Of a DNA stretch of 64,000 nucleotides, positions 1-12,500 are shown piece after piece (the stretch's first letter is position 1; each line of letters opens with the position of its first letter). Source of the stretch: Trichoplax adhaerens (taxonomy: Eukaryota; Animalia; Placozoa); assembly GCF_000150275.1 (NCBI RefSeq), contig NW_002060946.1, positions 6,176,597-6,240,596 on the forward strand, given 5' to 3'. Made by a program: the position numbers and the translations under genes. Below the pieces are notes generated by a model that was not told the origin of the DNA, ran no database searches, and saw nothing but the letters and a program-made list of their open reading frames with translations.

Positions 1-3000
1 ATATATAGATCCTCTCTATTAAAATATAAAGCAACTTATGGTTAAGCTGAATAAGTATCCGATGGCATTAATCAGACAATATTATAAATACCAGTGATTT
101 CTCTTTAAAAATATGGAAATATGTATGATAGAATAGATATACTCGGTATTGGTGTATTCCAAGTCTACTATCCAATTAATAAAGTTGCATGATGCCGCAA
201 CTATCGCACTAGAACCATTTTGTTCTGATGTAGATTTTTTGATATATAACCTACGATAATCAAAAAAATGATTCAGCTCCATATTTATGCTTATGGACGT
301 GATTCTCCTTCTAAATAGTCCATGATAACTAAATTAGATATTTTTAGGAGTGAATGCAGATTGAAATTAAATTTTATGAACTCTTCTACTACGGATAATA
401 TAGGCATTGAGTCTAAAGATTATCATTATCTTCTAGGAATAAATAGTTAGCAGTTATAAGAGATTAGAATAAATTAGTGGCTGCAAGTTTACTCATGTGA
501 GCCTTAAATTCACTTACAGTACTTTAGTTTCATACGATGTCTTTCAAATCCTAGCAATTACATTTCATTAAATTAAATAGTAGGTTTACGAGACAACGTT
601 ATAAAGATTTTGTAATCTTGATGTTTTTGTTAAGCTAATACTATATTAAATAACTACTGGTGTTTATTAGTAATAGGAGTCCGTAAAAATAATTATTTCA
701 GATCTAAATCTTAAGCCGAAGTAGGTCGATCATCTTCATTTGAAGTTACATAGGTTTTCATCTGCTAATATTGACACATCGTCATCACATTGGAATTTAT
801 CTAACCACAACTTTAATGCGAAGTTCTTTTTCATATTAGTTCATAGTTGCTAAAGATTGCCCAACCGTCATAATCAGACAGATATTGAAGCTAAGTACAG
901 ATATACTAATTAATGCTGTATAGACTATAGCTTACGGTAAGCATTAATAAACGTAGATCATCCTATGTGAAAAACACTGACTAGCAGTTTGCATTATTTT
1001 GCTAAATGACATTATTTGATTCAGAAGCATGTTATTATTGAGAATTACGGTAATATGTCAACTCCTTAGAATCAGTGCTTTATTATTCCTCAGGTTAGTT
1101 CTAGCTGACACCGTTTAAATTGAGTTTAAGAATCATGGCTAAACTTGCTAATAATTAATTAATTGGCTGAGGGAAATTATAAGCAGCTTCTAGCTCTATC
1201 TGAGGTGATTTGGACATCGTATTAATCTACGTACGCGTAATGATGGTAAAAAATTGTCGTACAGCAATCTCTGAAATTTCAAGTTTTGAGCAGCACTATC
1301 AGGTACCATAAATTTATGATGGATTTTAGATTGCTATACCGTAATGCAAAAATTTCCATTTTTAACATGTCTTATAATCTACGAAAATGGGGGGGAGGGG
1401 TAAGAAACGCATGCATTGTTATTGGGAACAAGTTATGACGCTTAATCTACTTTGACAGTTTGTACAACCGATAGTTATCCATTTAATATTGTACAGATAA
1501 GAGAAAGTAAACCTTAGTAAATTTGTAGAAACATGCACGGTAGTGCATAATTGCGGTAAATCTCACAACGTAACCATAGTATAGTTATTGCAGTTTTGAG
1601 CCCTTAAAGAAATCTTAGATTACTGTATATCATGTGTTTGATGAACTATCAATATCCCCCCCCCGTGTAATTAAGTGCAGTACCACATTAACCATGACTT
1701 TAAAAGTCATTTGGCTACTGTACCAAGGACTATTGAAGTACAGTATACGGAAAAACTAATTTTAATTTATGAGATCTGTATGATACGAAGATAGAGAAAT
1801 CAATTTCAGTAACCCCAGCAAAACAAAATATTATTGGCACGTTTCGTCTTTTTTATTTGCTGTAGCTGATTTATGCTATTATCATACACCATTATTTAAT
1901 TCCACTTTTATAGTGATACGGAACTGATAATAATAGCTGAAATTGGCACCGTACTAAGTGTAGTGTAAACATGACTTAATGCTTCATGGACATTAGTGGA
2001 ACAATTTAATAGAGGCAAACAGAGAATTACTCATCTTGTATTTTGTCTAACCAAGGTATGACTCATACCTGCATTATGATTATGGACAAGTAATTGGCTT
2101 GTGTATTATTTCCACAGTGCTTCTTACGATAATAACCTTATTATTTTTGGTATTATTAGCATGACTTGGCCTATAGATAATAATTAGCAATTGGCCGACA
2201 TCAGCTAATAGTTAAGCTCCTACTAGCGATTATATTTTTGACACCAGCTAGTGCTGGATAAGGTAGTTTTACCATGTATAATATAACACAGTTTGTTGTT
2301 TGAGTACTATGTCCACTGACAACTGTGAATTGATTAGTTTACTACATTCAGAAAGCAGACTACATATAAACTATCCGCGATTTAGATAAAATTGCAGCAA
2401 CTAATACCATGATTTTGTTTGCTCTGAGTACTGCTTCAGATCTTGCTGCATTAATCTGACGGTTGACTTTTTAGATTTACTTAATATATTTATTTCAAGC
2501 ATAAATGATTCATTTTAAAAGGCTATTGTAAATACTGTTGTTGGTCAGTTTTCTTCTATTACATACGTAATCCTATTTACAAAAGAAAACAAAGTTAAGA
2601 TTACGACCTCATAACAGCAACAATTTTATAAGTCAGCAGTTTAACTATGAATGAATTATATGATATTTTTAGACAATGATAATGGATATCCATTTTTGTT
2701 CTGGATATGTTTTCAAATAACTGAATTCTTATGTCTGCCAACCTTTAAAGGGAGATTATAGTTAGATTGAGCATCCATTTAATCAGGGAATCAGTCCAAT
2801 AAATTTTCTTAACTTGTGCACTCATACATTAAGAATTGCTTTAGGAATAAAAATACTTTGTTAAATAGAACACTATCTAAGTTATAAGGTAATATCGAAC
2901 AACATTATTGCAAAAATGGTTAGGGTTGAAGCAGCACACAGGATTAATGCTTTGTGCATTCTCCTTTTACTATTTAGCTCGTAAAAGATATTCGCTTATT

Positions 3001-6000
3001 AATGGATGATTTGCAAATAGTGAAAAGTGATAGGTTTACCCAGTTATAAGCTGAAATGTGCCTTTATGTTGACTAGATAACCAGCATCGTCTTACGTAGT
3101 CAGTATTTTGATGATACGACATTCGCTACTGTATTTTGCTCTTTGAGATACTTTATACCCTGAAATATTGTCTAAACCGAACTAAGTTACATGTACAGTA
3201 TCCAATGCCAGTTTTGAATTGCTTTTTAAGCCTCTATCTAGAAATTTTTCGACTGAGGATTTAAAATTTAGAAGTGAGATCCTGTGAATTGATGAGCGAC
3301 CTAATTATATCGCTTCCCATAGATTCTATTAGTACTATATTGACCTCGATAACGAGGATATTGAATTAAGGAAGAACGATTACCTTTAATTATGCAAAGT
3401 AGGTCATCTTTAATTATATAGTGATGGTGTTTTTTTTTTTAGATAGTACTTAGAAATGGATTCACTGTGTGAGTTTGCCCTTTCATGTAATGCCGCGAAA
3501 ATTATTTTAACATCTAAAACAAAGAATAAATGATCGCAATTAAAAATGCTCCTCATTATTAGCTTAATAAACGAATAGATTAATAGCAGCTTATTACTGC
3601 AAAAATCTATGAAAGGTATATATTATGGTAGACGAAGGATCATTGACCTGTAGTTGCACGAGTATCATCGTAGGAAGTTTTATGATAGCGTTTCTTCTCT
3701 CTTTTAATAATGGAGACATGTCAGCACGTTGTAACTGTAACTACGATGTATCGCATATAGTTATCGACGGTTTGTATATGAAATTCAATTCTAATGGTGA
3801 TCGATTATTTAAAGATATTTGTTGACGTTCATGCTACAAACCTTCCATACCACGAGCTTCTACAAGTATTACCTTCTATTGTGGATTATTCGAATCACTA
3901 CTAAAAATTTTTTGTTTAATATTTGTAACGCTAGGTTTACAATAACATCAATTCAGCGTTAGTAAATGATAATCCGTTCTATATTCATCACAAACTTTTG
4001 CTGTCGATTTGTAAATTGGTAGTACAATGAACATTAACACAGCAGTATTCATTCTCTAGAAAATTTAGTTTACTTCTACAGTTCTATATAAATGTAGAAT
4101 TGTCGTACGATATGGATTGCACCTCTTCAATGGCGTTTAAACTATAGCTCTATATTGTGACACCATGCTTATTGTAAGCATTGTCATTCCATTATAACCT
4201 CCTGGTTTGTGCAAAAGCCCAATTTTCAATGATAACTGTTGGTGTATTTATGCATGGCGTGCCATCGCTATGGCGACCAGTTGTGAATAGCACTCTTTTA
4301 ACCATGTCGGTTAATAAGTACGCCCATAACGCTAACGTTAGCGATAATGATTGGCATTGTATCTCAACATGATGATTACTGCAGTTATGATCTGCGTCCG
4401 ATGGACTTTATGTAGCGTCCTTTTAAATAAATAAATAAACGGTAATGGCTCATTATTTATCCGATTCACCAGTTAGTTGGTCATTGAAGCCGGCGATAGA
4501 ATGTAAAGTAACAATGTCTATTAAGCCGTGTTTATCATCGATGATACAATTTTATAAAATCAGTAAGGTTACCCCTTGGTATGCTATTGTCCAGTTTTTT
4601 ACAGTAGCAAAAAATACTAAAAAGAGGATTCAGTTTAAGCAAGGATACGGTATCGATATACTAACATTAACCAAGTCTAAGATCTAGATATATGACAGAT
4701 AGTATTCGTGTACGTGCAAGTGCTATCGTACTACAATAAAATACAGCACGGGGAAAGAATAAAGTGAGTCATTTTGTGGTTAGAAATAGTCATTGAAAGG
4801 TCAATGATGTACCATCTATGGGTTAGTCTTACATTCGACAAGTTTATATCGTATGATACAGTATACAGTACTGTGATCGTCGTTAAATGCGGCAAATAAT
4901 CACGTTCATTTGAATGATTTTAATGGCAAGTGTCTATTACTATGCCTGAAAATGTTCGCTTTAGCTCCTATTTTAGATTGATCAGGATTGAACAGTAGAT
5001 TATTGTGATAATTCTGCGACTAAAGTGCAATAATCAATCGTAACATCTAATTGAGTCTTTCTCCAATTATAAATATAAATAAACTAGTCGATCCATCGCT
5101 CGTTCTACTTTGCGTGTACCAACTGTACTCTATTTTTGTACTACTATTTACTATCATAATGGGTTGATAAGGTATGATCGAGCATTTCTAAAATGGCAAG
5201 GATTAGTAGTATCGTATATTATGAATGATGGCATTGATTAATACCCTATAGCATGCTATTGCTAGTAAGATGTATAAATAATTTTATCATTGATTTTGTT
5301 ATCACAATGTCAAGGTATCAAGGAGCACATTGAAGCCCATTGCATATATAAGATGGATGGTTAAACGCTGAGTATTGATTTACCGAAGTGTAGTTTGTTA
5401 CCGTAGTAGTGTAAGGATGACTGTATTAGGAGTAAGGAAAGATGAGTGACGAATCGATTGACAAACAAAATAGCAGCTGTGAGTAATAGAGGTTTCTTAC
5501 CGCTATGGTAAATAAGGCTAAATGATGAATATTTAATGAATTGCTCAATCACTATTGATAGTTGAATGCTTTATTTATTTCACTACACTCCACTGATGAG
5601 CAACTTGATCGTTCTTACTAGTGGATACTACACGGAACAAAGTTTACAGTACTATACTGTTGTAAGTTACAAAGATTTTACTTAGAGTTGTTGAGGAAAA
5701 CCATACAAGGTAACAATGAAGTCCTGTCAATGATGTAAAAAATAGTATGGTGACTCATGTCACTGAATGACTAATCGCAGCCACAAATATTGAAAAATTG
5801 AGATTGTATACTACTATGATAACCCCCTAAAAAGGCGTATCAGAACTGATAAATGAATGATTTTCATCAGTCGGCAAGAGCAAATAACTTTTATGTGCGT
5901 GCCTGATAAAATATTCAAACTCACTATTAATTAATTACTAAATTACTATAAGCACTATATTGTTGGGATCACCATTGATCCCCAATTGATCGCTTCGACA

Positions 6001-6048
6001 CTGTCTATATCAAGATTTTTGGATGTCTCTGTCATCGACTCACAGTAG

Positions 6049-6350
6049 TATAGTACAGTACAGTAGGTAGGTTGTTTCGCTGACTGCAATACTGTACTGT
6101 ACTCAGTGTTAAAGTACAGTCGTTCGACTAGGGTGTGGTCGGCTGACTTTTTAGACTGGTATTTTGGGATTCTTTTCACAGTATACTGTACTGTACACTG
6201 TACAGTACTGTAAAGTACTCCTCCTCCCTACAGTACAGAGTACCGTAGGGAATCTCCCGCCCATAACGAATTGACAAGCCTTGTACAGTACTAAGCGTTC
6301 CACAAGGAATAAACTTTGTACTGTACTTGTTCTACAGTGTACAGTACGCC
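6049..6350. promoter_or_regulatory. ACTGT/ACAGT-rich putative promoter cluster with TGTACACTGTACA (6192-6204)
   Basis: Dense TACTGT/ACAGTA words 230-530 nt upstream of the SORBS-like ATG; the same 13-mer recurs upstream of several other genes. Confidence 0.5.
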
Positions 6351-6582
6351 AGTTGCGTCAGGATGCCACAGCATACTGGTTGTATTGTATGGCAATACTG
6401 TAAGTGTTAGTTGATAGTCAACAGTAAATCCGTCTACATTTTAAATATCAGTACCGTATCAATTTACACTTTTACATTGCGTTTATCAGCGAGAGCAACG
6501 ACGACCTGAGAAACATTTTAAAGCGTGGCCTTCTCTGTTTGAATCCCATAGGCTTTGGTAATAGTCAACCCTTTCCACTGTC

Positions 6583-9500
6583 ATGGACTCTGGAAACTCT
6601 TTCTCCGTGGGTTTGCAAGGTGGGCCACCATGGGGATTTCGTTTACAGGGTGGCCGCGAGTACCGTGCTCCATTATCAGTAACCAAGGTGAGCTTTTTTT
6701 TATCAATTCGAGTTGATCGTTTTCTACGGACGACGCCAGTCAACGCAACACACGTTATTCGTTTTTTTTTCACTTTTGATATTGTTGTCAATCCAATTTG
6801 CTTAAGCCGTATTTACGATTACTCTATATTGTAGAATACATGTAATAGCTTCAAAAAATGACATTGTATATAGCAATAATGTAGTTTTATGAGTGGACGC
6901 TGACTTATTCTATAGTTGCGGAAAGCCTTCAAAAAAATTACAAACTAAACTCACAAGTAAACGTTAGCGGGCGTAACGCCACGGAAGAATCAAGACATTC
7001 AACGCTCTACTACTGTACAGTGTACACTATGCACGACGATAATACACTGTACTGTACTGTACGGCTCAATACAGTTCAGTACTGTACAGTAATACAGTAT
7101 AATTAATTGTTATCATTGTGTACGAGACCGTTAACTCCGTTAGCGTGACAATGTAGTCTGTTTATTTTCGCTGCATTTTTTACAGACATTTACTAGCCAT
7201 TCCCCAGTAAATTTTTTTATCGCTTTAACTTACGATATGAATTTGGATTAACAACCAAATGCTAGATAGGAATATGTCAAGCTGCAATTATGTTATCATG
7301 ACCATAGAGAAATAAATTTAGGGCACTTGTACACATGCTTGTATAGTCCACTGGATATTGGTTCGTTCGATACTAGAAAGTTGGTTTGCTTTAAAGGCGA
7401 GCATTGACAATAGTACAGTAGGTACTTAGTAAATGGCGTACTTAAGGAAATGGCTAGTTTACCATGTTTCGTCTTTGCTTTAATTTAATTTTTAATTTAA
7501 TAAGGCAAATTCCGCAGACGCGCACGATGAGTCATAACGATTGACTACTTAGCGGTACAGTACTGTATTGTATTGTACGAAAAAAAATGTCTCTCGCATA
7601 ACAGTACTTCTGTTCGCATACAAATTCTTGTAGTGATGTCAATATTATTACAGGACGCTTTTTCTCAGAGCAAATTTTTGACGTATATACGCTAGTATTC
7701 TAGACGGTACTTATCCTGTAGGTTTTCCTTCTTTTTTTTTAACTGTCCCCCAATCACCTTTCCTATTCTACTGCACTTACAAAAAAGTGTGTAAATTATT
7801 TATGTGTATTTCACTTTTGGGCAATGTTGAGTGGAAAACTGCGACAAAATTAACAGCAGGGAATATTGAAAAATGTAGCCCTGTTAAGGAACACATACTG
7901 ACATGCAATCGTATATTCGGACATGTGCCAATGGTTAGCCCGCAAATACCATATTCTAGTATACTTTTCTATACATGCTATCATTTTTCTTGCTAAAATC
8001 TGATTGGCAGTACTAAACGAGTTTAAATCGTGATCGCTACTTAATTTTAATTTATTAATTTACATAACTGCTCGACGATAATTATGAAATCAACTTAATT
8101 TTCAGTTAGTCTCTTTACTTTGGAGAGAAAAAAACTGAAACTGCGCTCGACATTTTTACTAGTGTACGGTGTATAATTTCGAGGGACTGAACGCAGTCCA
8201 GTGTTTGCTTTTAGTCAAGTTAATACTATAAAATGATTTCCGATTCTATCCTTTCATATGTGTTTCTGGTTGATACTTTCAAATCTTGAGATCACTTGAC
8301 TCAGCGTAGAAGACTGTTGTACATTGTACACTACAGGTTACTGTACCGTATGCAGCGTTGCGCTTGATGCATCGTTTGCTAGCACTTTTTGTTACAGTAC
8401 TGTACTGTAGTACTGTACTGTAGCACTGTACTGTAGTACTGTACTGTAGCACTGTAGAAAAATTCGAAAATAACGCTATTAGCAGGGGATGGGGGTGGTC
8501 ACAGATTCAAGCATGGTAACTTACAATTAAAAGTAAACGTTACATTAATTATACAGCAACTTTTTAAGGCAACGTGCAGTACAGTACAGTACACTGTACC
8601 GTACTTTGCTGTGCTGTGCTGTACTGTACTGTACACTGTACAATACTCTAATTGGCTGTAACAGTACAGTACTGTAGCAGTTCTGCGACAAATTTCACCA
8701 TGCAGTCAAATTGTACAATACTGTACAGTACGTACGATACTGTACTGTGGAACAGGCACACTTATACAGTAAGTACAGTACATCACACTGCTAGAATGCG
8801 GTACTGTATAACATACGGGTAGATCAATTTTCGACTGCAACTGCCGTGATATACAGTACAATAATATGATTGGACTGGCACCAATTGCTATTTAGTGCAG
8901 TGGATGCTCGAGATAAAGCGAAAAGTATTAGAGTATTTTTGAGTTCTATGGATTACATTGCAGTAGTGTAAACAGATCATGGATTGACTACGATAGCTGT
9001 ACGTGATAAATTGATTATTCTGTGGATCGAGTGTAGTAAGCCCATTGATACGGTGTACGAATTGGACTAATTGTGAATCAATCCCTTCTGCTTTTATACC
9101 CCGTTTATTTTTAACAGATACAGTGGATTACTGTCGTACCCTACTAAGTATTGTAATGCAAGGCACTGTACTGTACTGTGGACAATGGAAACGTTCATTC
9201 CAGTGACATTGATTTGATTTGATGTTGTCCGTCGATTGCTACAGTACTCTCGACACTAAAATTATTTTTAGAAAGCGATGAAAAGGAACTGAACATCTGT
9301 TGCAGTAACAGAGTGACGCCCTAGAAATGACGGTTATATTTAGGATATTTGCTGGCGTTGACTATAAATAGTCTGCGATAGCATTCCACAGTTATAAATT
9401 GGGCAGTCATTTCAAATTTGAAAATTAGTAAAAAAATTTTACTGCAGCGATCTCTCTAGAACCTTTAAAATTTTGTCCTTACTGTTACTGCAAATACTTT

Positions 9501-12500
9501 TTTCGATGATGACGAAATTTGTTAACCAGCGTAAAACAACCTCAATCTTACGTAGAAAAGCGAAAGGGCCCGATAAAAATCAGGTTATCTTTTTTAGGGA
9601 ACGAATGAAAGTACACCAATACTGTTTATATAGTGATTTAAGATTATTTGAATTAGAAACCTCATGTTGCGATCCAATCGTCTGCTTTAATTAAAACTAA
9701 CAGTCAGTACAGTACTGCAAGTTTGGATATCGGTCTTTCAATTTTTCTTTGGCCATCAATAGCTAATTTATAGCATTAATGGTGTGATTTTCAAAGTTGA
9801 TGTAAATTACGGCTGCAACGCTAAACGTAAACTCAACTAGTACTTGCAATCAATTCAAGTCACTAGCTGTAAAACTAAAATCAATTTATTAACTGCTATA
9901 ATTTAAAAGCGCTTGATACGTAATTGGATCAGTAATACTACTTAATTGTTTTAGTATTGATTTTAAATTATTGCATAGCAATATCGGTTAATGCAATTGC
10001 AAGCATTTTGACACAAAATGTTCAGATACTGGTAATGATGTCTACTTGCTTAATTCGGTATACTCATATTGTATTTATCCGTGAATTTGGATTAGGTAAA
10101 TGAAAATAGCAAAGCGGAAGCAGAAGATATGCGAGTTGGCGATATTGTCAAATCGATTAATGGCACAAATTGCGATAATATGACTCACAGTGAAGCATTG
10201 TCTACGATTAGACGAGCAGGAATGCGATTACAAATTGTCTTAGAAAGGTATGGAATTGGCTGGATTTCAAATTCTTGTTGCAAAGTATAAATATGTGGTA
10301 ACTGTAGGTTGTAAATTGTTAGGACAATAAGGTTGATGTCATCTTTTGCCTATTCTTTTCAATTGTATTATTTAAGGCAAGACCGTAACGCAAATGATGG
10401 TTACGGAAACATGCAGAGCTATAGAAGTGGAGCTCAACATTACGATAGCCACTCTGGCCAAGATTATCAACCTTCTGGGGTACCAGGCAATCATGGCGGT
10501 GGCACTCGTATAACGATAGGAAACAATAGGCGATCGAGAGCATCACAGGATGATTATGATCATTATCAACAACCTAATGACGGTAATAACTATCAAGGTA
10601 ACTATCAGAAACCATCCAATGCAACTTACGGCCAAAACACTGGTGGGAATTACAACAACGGTTATGGACCTTCAGATAACAATCAAAATGACGGAAAGAA
10701 TCCCCAGTGGCCAGGAAAAAATTCTTGGGTACCTAATGATAATAATACACATAAAACTGCTAATACTAATATTAATGATTCTAGAAGGCAGTCTAATTAT
10801 AGAAATCGTTCAAACAGTCGTATACGTGCAAAAAAGTCCGTAGCTAGTAAGAGACAGTTCATTCAAGAGTTCGGTCATGTAAACAGTCCCACCAGAAAAT
10901 TAGTTAAAAATACAAATAGTCGAAATCTATATATACCGTCGTATGATGACCCATTACAACCTTTGCCCGGCCATGAGCCACAAGAAGAACCTGATGCAGC
11001 ACCTCTATCTCCTATCCTTACAAAATTCGAAAAACCACCTCCCCCACGTTATAGAAGAATGCCAACCAGGGAAGGATTACGTAATGTATATAGGTATGAG
11101 ACCTCAAAGTTATAGCAGAAGTGTGTATGCGTTTAACGCACGAAAACAGTCAGTATTTATTATCATTCCATATACGAATTATGCTTGATTACAAATTGTC
11201 CTCTTAATTTATACATCATTTAATAGTTTATTATGGAAGTCCAATGATGTTTTTACTTAATGAAATAGTGTCAAATGGCCGACTTACTTAGATTGTATAT
11301 TATTTGTATAGTATTTTATTTAGATATTGTTTAATAAAACATGTTTCTATTTTATATTACAGTTCTCCTGATTACTTTAGCAGAGGTGGTTTTGATAACG
11401 TACAACCGATTAATTTGAAAGTTCCGGCTCTAAATTTATTGCATAGACAAAGAGACTTTGTAAATAGAGAAGGTGCGTATGTTATTCGAAATAAGTCGTG
11501 TAGATTTATGCCCTGAATAATCGTTATCAAAAGCAATTTAGTATGCGCTACTTTATTGTCAATTTAACAATAATCTAATATTTCTAATAGATGACGAAGA
11601 AGGTGTAATTGTACATTCAGCTTATCGTTCGAAAAACAGGAAAAAAATTAATAAAATCAATAAAGCTATGGATGGTGCTGTAAAAGATAATATTGATCGA
11701 TCAAGTACTAAGCCAAACTCTTTGGCGTTACAGTCTCCAACAACATCATCTTCAGATCAAAGTCCTGTAATAAATTCAAGAAAGAATAAGACAACGAAGA
11801 TCAATAGCACATCCCCTACCAGAGAGACAACCAAACTAAATGTTCGAAATAAGATTGGCAGTTATGATAAGACTAAATCGAATCCTATCATTTCAAGTAG
11901 AAAGGAAAATGAAATTGGAAAAAATAAAGAAAAATTAGTAAAGCCTTTATCACAAAGCAGTGGAAACAAGAGTAAGGTAGTCGTTAGGACTTCCTTACCC
12001 AAGAATGCAGCAGACAATAACGGTGATCGTTCGAAAGTTTTTCCTAAAAAGAAAAACTCTACCGCAATAAAATCGCCAGCGACGAATGTAGCAAAAAAAG
12101 ATAGAAAAACAACTAGACTAAAGATTAGGAAGAATAATTCTGCCCCGGAATCCCCAACTTCCCCAGTTGAGCAAATAAATGCTACTTCGTTAGAGGCCCT
12201 TGAGAGCGTTGATAACAATTCATCTAATGAAGAGCCACCACCAGTTAGGGTTAGTGTTGTAGGCGCCCTTCAGTACCGTTATAATAGAGTCCTGAACAGG
12301 CATTCTAAGACGATAACCAACGGAATATCAATTTTCTTTAGTTACAAATTATTAAACCATTAAATATGAAAGCCCTATCACAAGCATGACCAGGTCATTA
12401 ATCACTATCTTCATTTCTTATCCCGAACTTATTGAAGATGCAAGTTGTATATGTATATATATATAAAGTATGAAAATTAGACTGCCTTCTAGGTTTCTCT

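Noticed and set aside
82-5552. Short ORFs (63-80 aa) in the first 5.5 kb
   Set aside because: No recognisable domains or consistent splice chain; lengths are compatible with chance.
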